A DNA stretch of 64,000 nt from Candidatus Latescibacterota bacterium. Lineage in GTDB: Bacteria > Latescibacterota > UBA2968 > SICM01. Under the pieces are notes generated by a model, which made no database searches, was not told the DNA's origin, and saw nothing but the letters and a program-made list of their open reading frames with translations. A program made the translations under genes and the position numbers. Of this stretch, positions 41,752 through 52,749 are shown in pieces. The DNA lies in assembly GCA_965217865.1 (NCBI GenBank), contig CBDCJO010000002.1, positions 2,816,001 to 2,880,000 on the forward strand, read 5' to 3'. Positions within the stretch are counted from its first letter, which is position 1, and each line of letters opens with the position of its first letter.

Positions 41752-42705
41752 TCAGTCCGGTGGGCAAAGGATATCTGGAGGCGGGCAGGATACGGTCATC
41801 TCCTTCCCGGTGCCGGGATGGAAGAATCGAACTTCGTGAGCGTGTAGATAATACCCCCCGTCGCCGGGCAGGGGTACAGGATTCGGATCGACCGGGATGA
41901 CGGGTTTTCCACCCGTCCCATAGATCGGATCCCCAACCAGAGGTAAACCTGCATACACCAGGTGAATCCGGATCTGGTGGGACCGCCCGGTTGGGATGAC
42001 GACTTCAAGAATCGCGTTCCCGTGTTCATGATCTCGGTAAAGCAGCCTGCACTCCGTCCGGGCATATTTCCCGCGGGGCGTCACCCCGTAGAGGGTTCCG
42101 AGGATGGGATAAGGAACCCGGCCGATCGGCGCTTCGATCACAAACTCTGGGGGCATCCGGGTCCCCCGCGCCAGGGCTCGGTAGGTTTTTCGAATACCCC
42201 TATCCCGGATGTCGGCGCAGAGTCTTCGACGGGCCCTCTGTGACCGCCCAAGGAGCATCACCCCGGAAGTCCCCCGTCCAAGCCTGTGGATCGGTGCCGG
42301 AGGCGGATCGCCTCCGTATCTCCGGCTCATCATCGCAAGCAGCGTGTTTTCCAGGAAATTGCCTCCGGGCAAAACCGGAAGTCCTGCGGGTTTTGCCAGG
42401 GCAAGGATGTCATCATCCTCGTGGAGGATTTGGATATCGCGAGGGACATCATCCTCTTTCCAAGGCGGCCGTTCGTAGGATAGTTGTTGACCCGTCTGGA
42501 GAAGGGTATCCGCACCCACCGGTTTCCCGTCGAGATGGATGAGACCTTCCTCGATCCGCTGCCCCCATTCCTCCTGCGAAGAGTGGGGATACCTGCTGAC
42601 ATAAAAATCCAACACGCCTTGCCGCGCGTCCTCGGGTGCGATGCGGTTGGTGTAGGTCCAACCCCGATTGAGACAACCTGGGGACCTGTTTTTCGAATGT
42701 TCCAT
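41752..42705 (-). CDS. RluA-family pseudouridine synthase
   Basis: KPAGLPV, HRLGRGTSG, TGRSHQIR.H, PLVGDPIY; start approximate. Confidence 0.88.
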   Translation of the reverse strand: MEHSKNRSPGCLNRGWTYTNRIAPEDARQGVLDFYVSRYPHSSQEEWGQRIEEGLIHLDGKPVGADTLLQTGQQLSYERPPWKEDDVPRDIQILHEDDDILALAKPAGLPVLPGGNFLENTLLAMMSRRYGGDPPPAPIHRLGRGTSGVMLLGRSQRARRRLCADIRDRGIRKTYRALARGTRMPPEFVIEAPIGRVPYPILGTLYGVTPRGKYARTECRLLYRDHEHGNAILEVVIPTGRSHQIRIHLVYAGLPLVGDPIYGTGGKPVIPVDPNPVPLPGDGGYYLHAHEVRFFHPGTGKEMTVSCPPPDILCPPD

Positions 42706-42724
42706 CAGCCCGGAGGAGGAATCC

Positions 42725-43627
42725 ATGAAGACACTCTTGACAGGAGCCAGTGGCCTCATCGGTTCTGCGCTGGCTTCAGACCTATCCAACCGCGGACACG
42801 ACGTGGTCCGGCTCGTGCGGTCGGAACCGGAAGCGGAAGCCCTTCTATGGGACCCGGAGGAGGCTGGGACCCTCGAATCGTCGGGACTCGAAGGACTGGA
42901 TTGGGCGGTGCATCTTGCTGGAGAGAACATTGCTTCAAAAAGATGGAGCGAAGAGCAAAAGGACAGGATCCGGGACAGTCGGGTCAATGGGACCCGACTC
43001 CTCTCCGAAACCCTTGCCCGGCTCACAAATCCGCCTCAGGTGCTGATATCCGCGTCCGCGATCGGCTATTACGGAGACCGCGGTGAAGAGATCATGAACG
43101 AGGAAAGCGAATCAGGCTCTGGATTTCTCTCCGAAGTCAGCCGCGAATGGGAGTCTGCAGCTGAACCGGCGGCACGGCAAGGAATTCGGGTCGTCAACCT
43201 TCGATTTGGGGTGGTGCTCAGCCCGTCCGGAGGGGCGCTTGCAAAGATGCTGTTTCCCTTCCGCATGGGCCTCGGTGGCGTGATCGGAGACGGGGGACAG
43301 TACATGAGCTGGATCTCACTCGATGACGCGGTGGGATCGATTTGCCACGCCCTGGCCGAACCCACAATCAAGGGCCCCGTCAATGGGGTATCCCCGAACC
43401 CGGTCACAAACCGGGAGTACACCAAGACACTGGGCAGGGTCCTGTCGCGGCCGACCCTGTTTCCAATGCCCGCCTTTGCCGCGCGTCTGGCCTTCGGTGA
43501 AATGGCCGACGCCCTGCTTCTGGCCAGTACGCGGGTGGACCCCGCCCGCTTGAGGGAGACAGGTTATGAATTCCGCCATCCGGTGCTCGAACCCGCGCTC
43601 AGACATCTCCTGGAAAAGGAAGATTGA
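42725..43627 (+). CDS. TIGR01777-type NAD-dependent epimerase family protein
   Basis: TGASGLIG, HLAGENI, SASAIGYYG, GQYMSWI, SPNPVTN. Confidence 0.92.
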   Translation: MKTLLTGASGLIGSALASDLSNRGHDVVRLVRSEPEAEALLWDPEEAGTLESSGLEGLDWAVHLAGENIASKRWSEEQKDRIRDSRVNGTRLLSETLARLTNPPQVLISASAIGYYGDRGEEIMNEESESGSGFLSEVSREWESAAEPAARQGIRVVNLRFGVVLSPSGGALAKMLFPFRMGLGGVIGDGGQYMSWISLDDAVGSICHALAEPTIKGPVNGVSPNPVTNREYTKTLGRVLSRPTLFPMPAFAARLAFGEMADALLLASTRVDPARLRETGYEFRHPVLEPALRHLLEKED

Positions 43628-43655
43628 CCCACCAAACCAATAAGGTTCTCAACTT

Positions 43656-44846
43656 TCAATCTTTTACCGGTGTCTGACCATCGGCCCCCGCCCCCTGTTC
43701 CTCCGTGTCCCGATCCGAGTCGATCTCGATCCGTTTCTGGTCCGCCAGTTGAAGGGTCGTCTGGATAAGCCATCGCGCATTCGCACGCCGGCGCAGCTTC
43801 GACCTCTCGAAAAGTTTTTTAGCCCTCTCGAATAGTTCCGGGTCCGGGAGGGCGTGTTTTTTTCGCCCCGTGAGCACATTTTGAATAGTTGAGAAATATG
43901 GGCTCGGATGTGTCTCACGGATCCGGGTCCACTTCTCATAGTCATACGACTTGAGGGAAAACGCCGAAGGGTCATATGTGAACTTTATCCCGAGAGACTT
44001 CACTTTAGGCCCCTCTCCGGAGTCAACCAGATCAGCCCTCACAATCTGTCCGAGAAGGGAAACCTTCATCGGGAGGTCGGTTCGAAACATGTCAGCACCG
44101 TAGATTGAGGACCGAGTGGGATAGAGGGTCAACCGGATCCCGACGTGACGGATAGCCGCGATGGGATCTTCCGGGGAAGCCTCACAGTCTTCCGCAAGGT
44201 AGTCGATTAGTTCATCATCCGCCGCGATCCTGACCCCACTCGCGCTAAAATCGATCAGATTGACCCATTTTCCGGACTCCGGTCGGATATAGCGCGCCCT
44301 CAGGGTAATATGCTCCGAAGCGATATGGAAGACTTCCGCGATCATTTCGTGGTAACCGGGAGGGAGCCCGGTTGAAGAGGAATACCCCATAAGAACCACT
44401 TCTCCGGCCTTCAGGGCATCGGGATCTCCCAGCTCCGGGTGCATCTTGGGTGGCTTTCGGATATAAACCGACTTCTCATCCTCCCGATCGCTCTCCAGTC
44501 CCAGGATCTTGGTACGGCCGAGTACCATCGGGACCACCCGATAACCTCGTAAATCCATGTGGGGTTTTGTGACGTGGATGATTTGATCCGGTATTGGAAT
44601 CTGACGCATCGTCTCCCTGAACAATTCCAGGAGTTTTTGCGGGTCCTCTCCGGAGGGAATGGGCGAGGAAGGGATCTTCGTCCTCGGGGGGTTGGGGCCG
44701 GAATCCGGATAAACCAGGTCCGTCCGCGTTATGAAGAGCTCGAACTGTGCCGGGAGTTGGGTCGGTAGGGCGCTGGATTGAATATCGTGGAGGAACCGCG
44801 CGGAAGCACGGCGCTCAGCTTGGGGGGCTGAGTTTTGGTCGGACAT
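43656..44846 (-). CDS. Hypothetical protein with PilZ-like motifs
   Basis: N-terminal ERRASAR (RxxxR), later IDFSASG (DxSxxG), 'GQIVR...LGIKF'. Confidence 0.6.
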   Translation of the reverse strand: MSDQNSAPQAERRASARFLHDIQSSALPTQLPAQFELFITRTDLVYPDSGPNPPRTKIPSSPIPSGEDPQKLLELFRETMRQIPIPDQIIHVTKPHMDLRGYRVVPMVLGRTKILGLESDREDEKSVYIRKPPKMHPELGDPDALKAGEVVLMGYSSSTGLPPGYHEMIAEVFHIASEHITLRARYIRPESGKWVNLIDFSASGVRIAADDELIDYLAEDCEASPEDPIAAIRHVGIRLTLYPTRSSIYGADMFRTDLPMKVSLLGQIVRADLVDSGEGPKVKSLGIKFTYDPSAFSLKSYDYEKWTRIRETHPSPYFSTIQNVLTGRKKHALPDPELFERAKKLFERSKLRRRANARWLIQTTLQLADQKRIEIDSDRDTEEQGAGADGQTPVKD

Positions 44847-44923
44847 AAACCGGATGGAGTGGGCGAGAGTCTACGCGGTTTTTCGGTCACACAGGAACAG
44901 GACCGAACGCTTGATTGGCTCGA

Positions 44924-45295
44924 TTATCGGGAGTTCCGCAGACTGTCGGTCGGAAGCACCCTCGGCTGATCTTGACCCTTTGAGAGGTACCACATCCGCC
45001 GCTGCACGACATCAACATCCTGGCGCAGCGATTGGATATGCGCGTGGAGGCTATCCAGGCGCGTGAGGATTCGGGTGGCGTCGGCGGATGAGGATCCGAA
45101 TTGGGCGACCGGCCCCCCTTTGGATAAGGAATAATTCCAAAGACAGACCACAAGCGCGCAGGCAGCCAGGATGAATGCAACACTGGAGGCTGAGCGGTTC
45201 CCCTCGGTCCGGCGCGCATACGCATTCCCGACCATGAAAATCAGGATCACCAGTGCGAATAAAAAGTTTGCAGTGTTCAGCAATGGGACTCTCAA
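44924..45295 (-). CDS. Small two-TM coiled-coil membrane protein
   Basis: Two hydrophobic helices; overlaps the xdhC stop as in an operon. Confidence 0.6.
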   Translation of the reverse strand: MRVPLLNTANFLFALVILIFMVGNAYARRTEGNRSASSVAFILAACALVVCLWNYSLSKGGPVAQFGSSSADATRILTRLDSLHAHIQSLRQDVDVVQRRMWYLSKGQDQPRVLPTDSLRNSR

Positions 45296-46401
45296 GCGGA
45301 ATTTTTTCTGAGTGCCTTTGTTTCCACATGAAGAGGTTTCCCCCGGGAACGCCGCACGGCGATGAGTTCGGCCACCACACTGACGGCGATCTCCTCGGGA
45401 TTGTCGGCCCCGATATCGAGTCCGATCGGGGCGTGGACCTCATCGAGACGGGAACGGGGGATTCCCTTGGCCTCGAGTTGCCTCCACATCAGAGCGATCT
45501 TCCTACGGCTGCCGATCATACCGATATATTTCGCATTCGTGCGGACAGCCTGTTCGATGACAGGTTTGTCGTGCTGGTGGCCCCGTGTCACCGCCACAAG
45601 GTAGGATTGCTCGTCGATGTCAAGGTGTTCGAAGCAGTGCTCCAGATCCAGAACGTGGGTTTCGTCCGCCTCCGGAAATCGTTCCTGGTTCGCGAACATG
45701 GGCCGGTCGTCTACGACCGCGATCTGAAAGCCTGAAGCCTTGGCGATCCTGGCGATTTGGAGGGACACGTGACCGCCACCGAAGAGATACAGACGGGGTG
45801 CGGGAACGATCGACTCGAGGAAAATGCGGTGGTCTTCCCGGCCCTCGGGTTTCTCAATCGTAACCGTCAGAACTTTCAGGAGGTTTTCGTCGATTTCGTC
45901 CCCAATCTCTTCCCTCACACGAAGATCAAGTACCGGATTCCCGAGCGTGCCATGGATGGTCCCGTCCTTCCGGACAAGGAGCTTCGAGGCAAAGTCATTT
46001 GGCTCGTCCGAGACCAGGGTGGCCAGGATCGCAGACGCATCTTTTCGCCTCAGGTCAATGATCTCCTCGAGGGTCGATTTTGACCCTTCGGCGGTGATGG
46101 GCTCGGTGAAGATTTCGACATTCCCCCCACAGTTCAGCCCGTCCTCCCCCGCGTGTTTCTCAGTAAGGATGAAATGTTGCAGGCTGGAAACACCGGATTC
46201 GATCACATGCCTACCCTCTGCCCAGACATCCGCTTCGAGGCATCCGCCTCCGACGGTCCCGACGATCTTGTTGTCGGGTTTCACCAGCATTTTGGCCTTC
46301 TTGCTCATCGGAAGGGATCCCTTGCTCGACACGATTGTCGACAGGGCCGCACGTTCTCCGCGTTCGATGATCTTAAGGGCTTCTTTGAATATGTCCTGCA
46401 C
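45292..46401 (-). CDS. XdhC/CoxI-family molybdenum cofactor chaperone
   Basis: GTVGGGCLE, CGG, FGGGHV, TRGHQHD, YIGMIGSRRK, APIGLDIGA..PEEIAVS. Confidence 0.92.
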   Translation of the reverse strand: MQDIFKEALKIIERGERAALSTIVSSKGSLPMSKKAKMLVKPDNKIVGTVGGGCLEADVWAEGRHVIESGVSSLQHFILTEKHAGEDGLNCGGNVEIFTEPITAEGSKSTLEEIIDLRRKDASAILATLVSDEPNDFASKLLVRKDGTIHGTLGNPVLDLRVREEIGDEIDENLLKVLTVTIEKPEGREDHRIFLESIVPAPRLYLFGGGHVSLQIARIAKASGFQIAVVDDRPMFANQERFPEADETHVLDLEHCFEHLDIDEQSYLVAVTRGHQHDKPVIEQAVRTNAKYIGMIGSRRKIALMWRQLEAKGIPRSRLDEVHAPIGLDIGADNPEEIAVSVVAELIAVRRSRGKPLHVETKALRKNSA

Positions 46402-46483
46402 GTATCACCCCTCACATTTTTCGAATCGACTGTCATCCTTATGGAGCAAACTGACCCAAGCCCAGGAGCCTCATACCCCAGAT

Positions 46484-47632
46484 CTAAATCCAGATCGAGC
46501 GGAGGGTCTTGGCCAGTTGGACGAGGCTCTGCAGGTTGTGTGCCGGCAGGAAATAGTCGAGGTATGGCAGGGCGGTCTTCATACCCAGACAGAGAGGCTG
46601 ATACCCCGGACTTCCAAGTAGCGGGTTGAGCCAGATCGTTTTGTACGCTCGACGTCGAAGCCTTTCCATCTCGCGTTGCATCAAGTCCGCGTCCCCTCGG
46701 TCCCACCCGTCGCTCACGATCACGACAACGGTATTGCTCCTGAGCATCTCTCTGCTGAACTTGTCATTGAATTCACAAATGCTCTTTCCGATGTCCGTAC
46801 CACCGGCCCAATCCTCCACGGACCGTGCGACCTCGGCCAGAGATGCCTCCACACTCCGGGTCTGAAGGAGGCGGGATATAATCGTTAGATGGGTGCTGAA
46901 AACGGCGACCTCTACTTGCTTCAACTCCCGCTTGAGGCCGTATATAAACTGAATGAGAAACTTGCTGTAGCAGTCCATCGATCCGCTGACGTCGCATATC
47001 AACATCAACCGGGTCTTCTTAATCTTTTTTCGTTTGTTGGCGATTTCGATCCCGTCTCTTCCGAAGATGATATTTCTCCGCCAGGTTTTTCGAAAATCAA
47101 TCTCCCGACCCCTTCGGGAAGGGGTCCTCCTGCGGCTTATTTTGGTGGAGATGATGTCCACGATGTGAGCGATGATTCTTCTCGCCTCCTCAATCTCCTT
47201 GTCGGTGAGTGAAGCCAAATCTTTTTGGGCCAGCACCTCTTCGGGGCTATACCAGATCGCCTCAGCCTCCCCATCTTCCTCCCCCTCATCATCCGACCAG
47301 TCGAGAAGATCCACCTGCCTCTCCTTCGAATGGGTCGCAAATTCCTCTTCACCGCAGAGATTCTCCGCTTCGGAGGGGTACGGTTTGAGCTCGTCCAAGG
47401 GTGATTCCCAATACGAACGGAAGACCGCGTCAAAAGTCTCCAGATCCTCCTGCCGTGAGATCAGGTTCGTACGAGCCGAGTGATAAAAATCCCTCCGGTC
47501 GCTGATCGGGACATAGTCGAAACTCCGGCATAGGTCGATCAGGTTTCCGGCGGGAACCTCCACTCCCGCCCTTCTGAGAAAACGGGAGAATGAGACCACC
47601 CTTCCGAGGGTTGAACGGTCAGTTCGAGGCAT
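46484..47632 (-). CDS. CoxE-like VWA domain protein
   Basis: DVSGSM, WAGGTDIG, VSDGWDRG, IWLNPL. Confidence 0.9.
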   Translation of the reverse strand: MPRTDRSTLGRVVSFSRFLRRAGVEVPAGNLIDLCRSFDYVPISDRRDFYHSARTNLISRQEDLETFDAVFRSYWESPLDELKPYPSEAENLCGEEEFATHSKERQVDLLDWSDDEGEEDGEAEAIWYSPEEVLAQKDLASLTDKEIEEARRIIAHIVDIISTKISRRRTPSRRGREIDFRKTWRRNIIFGRDGIEIANKRKKIKKTRLMLICDVSGSMDCYSKFLIQFIYGLKRELKQVEVAVFSTHLTIISRLLQTRSVEASLAEVARSVEDWAGGTDIGKSICEFNDKFSREMLRSNTVVVIVSDGWDRGDADLMQREMERLRRRAYKTIWLNPLLGSPGYQPLCLGMKTALPYLDYFLPAHNLQSLVQLAKTLRSIWI

Positions 47633-47633
47633 A

Positions 47634-48578
47634 TCAAGAGCTCCCCGTCCGGAGAATCCGGTCGTCCGGTTCCCGCTTTGAAGCACGATCCTTCAGGACT
47701 TTGGCCTTCTCGATCAGTTCCGAGATACCATCATCTTGAACCCTCTGGATGTCCTCGCGGTATTTAAAAATGCAGCCGATTGTCGCGTCGACGTTCCCGT
47801 TGTCTAGCTCTTCGACACCCAGCGTCATCAAAGCCATGGCCCAGTCGATGGTTTCTGCAATCCCCGGCCTTTTGTAGAAGTCCCGCGTCCGGGCGACCTG
47901 CATGAACCCGCAAACCTGCCCGGCGAGGTTGTCTTTGATCCCCCGGACCTTGGCCTTGACGATTTCCAATTCCTTTTCGAAATTTGGATAGTCGATCCAG
48001 AGATAAAGGCAGCGGCGTTTGAGGGCGTCGTGGATCTCCCGCGTTCGGTTGGAGGTCAGGACGACGTAGGGACGGTGCTTCGCCTTGATCGTACCGATCT
48101 CTGGAATCGTGATCTGGAAATCCGAAAGGACCTCCAAGAGGAACGCCTCGAACTCTTCGTCGGAACGGTCCACCTCATCGATCAACAGGACCGGCGGACG
48201 CTTGGAGTTCCCCTGAATAGCGTCCAGGAGGGGTCGTTTGAGGAGAAACTCCTCGCTGAAGATATTCCTTCCGATCTCCTCCTTCGAATGTCCCCTCGCC
48301 TCTTCGAGGCGGACCTCCAGCATTTGCTTGGGATAGTTCCACTCGTAAAGCGATGTATTTGCGTCGAGTCCCTCGTAACACTGAAGGCGAATCAGGCGAG
48401 TTTTAAGAATTTCGGCCATCACCTTGGCCACTTCGGTTTTACCTACCCCCGACTCACCTTCGAGGAAAACAGGCTTATTCAGGGAGCCGGCTAAAAAGAC
48501 GGTTGTGGCCAGCGCTCGGTCCGTGACATAGTCTTTAGTCGCGAAAGCCCTCTCGATTTCGTCGATGCTCTTGAGCAT
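47634..48578 (-). CDS. CoxD-like MoxR AAA+ ATPase
   Basis: GESGVGKT, RLQCYEGLD, LLIDEVD, TSNRTRE.HDALKRRC. Confidence 0.92.
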   Translation of the reverse strand: MLKSIDEIERAFATKDYVTDRALATTVFLAGSLNKPVFLEGESGVGKTEVAKVMAEILKTRLIRLQCYEGLDANTSLYEWNYPKQMLEVRLEEARGHSKEEIGRNIFSEEFLLKRPLLDAIQGNSKRPPVLLIDEVDRSDEEFEAFLLEVLSDFQITIPEIGTIKAKHRPYVVLTSNRTREIHDALKRRCLYLWIDYPNFEKELEIVKAKVRGIKDNLAGQVCGFMQVARTRDFYKRPGIAETIDWAMALMTLGVEELDNGNVDATIGCIFKYREDIQRVQDDGISELIEKAKVLKDRASKREPDDRILRTGSS

Positions 48579-48747
48579 GTGAGCTCTCTATCTATTTCAT
48601 TAAAAAAGGGTTAGGGGCCGGATTCCGACATTAAAAAAAGACTTTCTCATATGCCCTGGGAGTCGAATATTGAATATACTGAAATACACAAAAAGAGTCA
48701 AGGTTGGAGGACTGGCCGCAAGTTCCTCCGCGGTTCACCCTTCCTTA

Positions 48748-48776
48748 TTGACTTGCCCCATCACATTTGGTATATA
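48748..48776 (+). promoter_or_regulatory. Candidate sigma-70 promoter
   Basis: TTGACT-17 nt-TATATA. Confidence 0.5.
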
Positions 48777-48829
48777 AGAATCCGTCTTCGTCAATCTCCA
48801 ATTTTCAGCGACCCTCAAAGGAAAGCATC

Positions 48830-49476
48830 ATGGGTTTTCCGATTTACGACTTCAGAAAAGATATTCGAAATGTACTCGTCACCCCCCAGATCCGTGCCCG
48901 ATTTCTCAGGATGGAACCCGGACAGGTCGCCAACCTCCACTCCCACGACCTGGGGGTAGAGGTGTTTCTAATCCTTGAAGAAAAGCCGAGTTCGAAATAG
49001 ACGGTGAAACCGAAGTGATCGGACCCGGCCAGATGTGCGTTGCCCTGGCCAATCAAATGCACATCGTGAGCGTCGTAGGGGATCGTCCGATGACCATGTA
49101 TCTCTCGGTGACCCCACATATTCAACCGACACACACAGGACGAACCCCCGAAGGGGATCGGCTCCCCCTCAAGTTCTCACCGTCAAGGTCTTACGACGAA
49201 AAACCCGATCCCGATATTCCCCCGGAAAAGTTGGTCCACCGACAGGTAGAAGCGGCCCGGGAGGTTGCGAAAGCCGCTCGAACCAGCTCCAGGATCCACC
49301 TGGCGGTGAGAGACAAACTTAAAGCCGCGTTCGTAGATGGAGACAGAGACATCCTCCACGAGGTTCGTGGAGAAATCTGGGGGGCGATTTTTGAGACCTT
49401 CGAGAGGGTCAACGAACTGGCTTCAACCTGGAATCAGCTTGCTGCAAGAACAGTAGAGACGGAGCAGGTAAGGTAG
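48830..49476 (+). pseudogene. Cupin-domain protein, frameshift at ~48980
   Basis: 'HSHDLGVEVFLILE' continues as 'KAEFEIDGETEVIGPGQ...MH' in a shifted frame. Confidence 0.75.
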
Positions 49477-50369
49477 TCTTCTGAATCCCATCGATTCCGT
49501 ATACCAGGATCATGGATGAAAGAACAATACCACCCGTTAGACTCGGAGTCATCGGATGCGGAGCGATCGCCCAGATTCAACATCTGCCGAACCTCGCCTC
49601 CCTTCGGGAGGAGTTTGAAGTGGTCACGGTCTGCGACCGTTCACCTGCTCTGGCCGAATATGTCGCCAACACCTTTCACGTTCCGAATTTTACCACCGAC
49701 TACAACGACCTTTTGGCATCCGATCTCGATGCCCTCCTCCTCTGCCACACCGACCCAAAGACCACGGTTGCCGTTGGCGCCTTCGAAGCGGGGAAGCACG
49801 TCTTTATGGAAAAACCGATGTGCTACTCCATCCAGGATGCGGATGCCATTATCGCCGCCGCTCGAAAATCCGGGAAGGTCGGCCTGGTCGGATATGTGAA
49901 AGTCTACGATCCCGCGTTCGAACTCGCAAAACGGGAAGCCGACGAAATGGACGATATCCGTTTCGTCCAGATTAACCACCTGCATCCCAACAACAAGCTC
50001 CATCTTTCCCAATATCGGATCAAACGGTTCGACGACCTCCCCCCCAGGGAATCAGTCGAGGGAAAGGGAGAAAAGAGAAAATCTCTCCAGGCCATCGGGG
50101 ACGTGCCCAGCCACGTGGAGCAGGCTTTTTTTACCGTTTCAGGCAGCATGATCCACGACCTCTACGGCCTGCGCATCCTGCTCGGGGAACCCAAGGCCGT
50201 GATCAGCACTGAGATTTGGAATGACGGCCGGGCGATCAACACCGTTCTAGACCCTATACAAGCGTGAATTTTTCTTGGTTTTAGTAGAAAAAAGTTGAAA
50301 TGCCCCAGTTTTCAGGCCTATAGTTGTAGTGTGAAAGACAAAAAGAGGCCATCAAAAGGGGCATTTCAG

Positions 50370-52112
50370 ATGAGAGAATACAGGAAGATTCTTCGGAACA
50401 GGGAAGCACGAATTGTCCGTCGTTTGCGTCGGAAGCAGTGGTGCAGTCAGGTCAAGCCTATGATGTCTGGGGGAAACATCCACTACGAGATAAGTGGGAA
50501 GGCCGAGGCGATCACGTGTGGGGGGATCGGCGCGTTTCACCACCTGGTCCGCAGGGTTGGGCTGGTGAAAGAGATTGACCGTCATCTTCATCTTTTGAAA
50601 GTGCATTTGCCCTGTCACGAATCAGACCACGTTCTGAACATCGCCTACAATGCGCTGGTTGGTGGTCAACGCCTTGAAGACATTGAGCTGCGCCGGCAGG
50701 ATGCCACGTTCCTGAACGCTTTGGGCGCTCAGCGTCTCCCGGATCCGACCACAGCAGGCGACTTTACACGTCGTTTCCGGCCATCGGATATCGAGACGTT
50801 GATGGATTGCATCAACCGGGTGCGCACCCGGATCTGGAAAAAGCGCGCCAGGGGCGAACTCAAAGAAGCCCTCATCGACATCGACGGCACCCTGGCCACC
50901 ACCCTCGGAGAACGCAAGCAGGGCATGGCCCTGTCATACAACGGTATCTGGGGATACCATCCTCTCGTGGTCTCTCTGGCGAACACCAGGGAGGTGTTGT
51001 TTCGGTGATTATATACTTGATAAAGTCATGATAGTGATGAAGGCTCTGTCTACTCAAACAATCTGTTGGCAGTCCCCATGCCGACAAATATAGAAACAGG
51101 ACATCAAAAATCAGGTAAAGAAATCGCTCGAATCGGACGATCTCCGGCCAAGGGACGGGGCATTCTGCGAGACTTTCGCAAAAAACTCAACATTTTTGGA
51201 TAAAGCAAATAGCCTTTGTCAAGTATATAATTCCCGTTGTTTCTTGTGAATCGACCCGGCCATGTGCCCAGCCACGACGGTGCCGTAAAGTGGATCGATC
51301 GCGCCATCGCGCTGGTCGCCCCTTTCGCCAAACGCATCTGCCTGCGCGGAGACACCGGCTTCTCACTCACCCGGCACTTCGATCGTTGGTCGGAAAAGGT
51401 CGACTTCGTCTTCGGCATGGATGCTTACCGGGGATTGGTCAAGATCGCCAAATCCCTGTCACAGAGCGATTGGGAGCCCTTTGAACGACAACCCAAATAC
51501 CAGGTCAAGACCTCCCAGAGACAGAAACGCGAGAACGTGAAAGCCCGGATCATCCGGGAGCGCGGCTTCAAAAACATCCGACTTGCCAGTGAACGTGTTG
51601 CCGGGGTTTCGTATCGTCCTGCTCGATGCAGGAAGACCTGTCGACTCGTGATCCTCGAAAAGAACCTGAGCGTCGAACGCGGCGAAAACGCCCTGTTCGA
51701 TGACAAGCGCTGTTTCTTCTACATTACCACCCGAAAAGATCTTACGGCCGCGGAAATCGTGAGGCTGGCCAATCGACGGTGCGATCAGGAAAACGTGATT
51801 GAACAACTCAAGAACGGGGTCAACGCCATGCGGATGCCCGTCGACAACCTGATGAGCAACTGGGCTTACATGGTCATGACCGCCCTGGCGTGGAACCTCA
51901 AAGCCTGGTTCGCGTTGATGATCCGAAAGCGTGAGCGTCGCGATCAACTTCTGAGAATGGAGTTTCGCGCCTTCCTCCAGAATCTGATCTGGATCCCTTG
52001 CCAGATCGTGACCCGGGGAAGACAGATCATCTATCGTGTCTTGGGCTACAACCGGTGGATGACTGACTTCTTCCCGGCCTGGAACAGAATCAGATGGCTC
52101 AAACCGGCCTGA
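50370..52112 (+). pseudogene. IS1380 transposase split by a nested MITE
   Basis: PDPTTAGDF, IDIDGT, GYHPL | RGDTGF, R.DQENVIEQLK. Confidence 0.88.
51004..51235. mobile_element. 232-bp non-autonomous element (IS1595 family, ISNwi1-like ends) with 8-bp target duplication
   Basis: GTTGTTTC at 50996-51003 and 51236-51243; IRs ggtgattatatacttgataaag / gggaattatatacttgacaaag. Confidence 0.85.
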
Positions 52113-52749
52113 CTGCCATGTCAGCACCTGTCGTCGTAACATCACAGGGACAAGTCCGTCCACCCCGGCTAAAACACGTCCGCAAACTCAGTTAATTAGA
52201 CAATCGCATGCCGAAACAATCACAAAAACAGCCCAGACATCATCTCCACCAAGTCACAAGTCTGAAATGCTCCGAAATCTTGTATAACACACCGCTCAAC
52301 AAGCCTATTCGCTTATTTTAGGGCTAGAGTACCCGACTGGGACGCGCTGTGTCGCGACCTGGGTCGATCTCCCAAAACTGTGGGACTTTAAAGAAACACT
52401 GGAAGTCTACGGAGACGACAAGAGGGTCATCCTCTCTTATCCGACAGGCTTTGCCAGAGGAATCCCTACAGACATAACCGTCCAGGAAATTGACGGAAGC
52501 GGACGATCCTTCCGGAAAGAACCGGCCGTATCGTGGGACGGCGCCTTCACGCAGGAACTCCGGCATTTTCACGAATGCATCGTCCGGGGAACGCCCCCGA
52601 GGACTCCGGTAGACGATGCCCGAAGCGATATCAGCTTAATCATAGAAATCATCATGGCTTATCAAAGACGAAATCAATCGTAACGTCCTTCATCCTGAAA
52701 ATTAGAAATGGAAGGGATTGGGATGTTTAAAAGAAAAAAGGAGGAACCC

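Larger units (their letters stand above)
50252..52323 (+). mobile_element. IS1380-family insertion sequence with 5-bp target duplication CTAGA
   Basis: CTAGA at 50247-50251 and 52324-52328; ends ccctatacaagcg / ccctaaaataagcg. Confidence 0.88.
49512..52683 (+). pseudogene. Gfo/Idh/MocA oxidoreductase interrupted by IS1380
   Basis: GVIGCGAI, GKHVFMEKP; 'NTVL|EYPTG...FTQELRHFHECI' rejoins across the IS and ends at TAA 52683. Confidence 0.85.
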
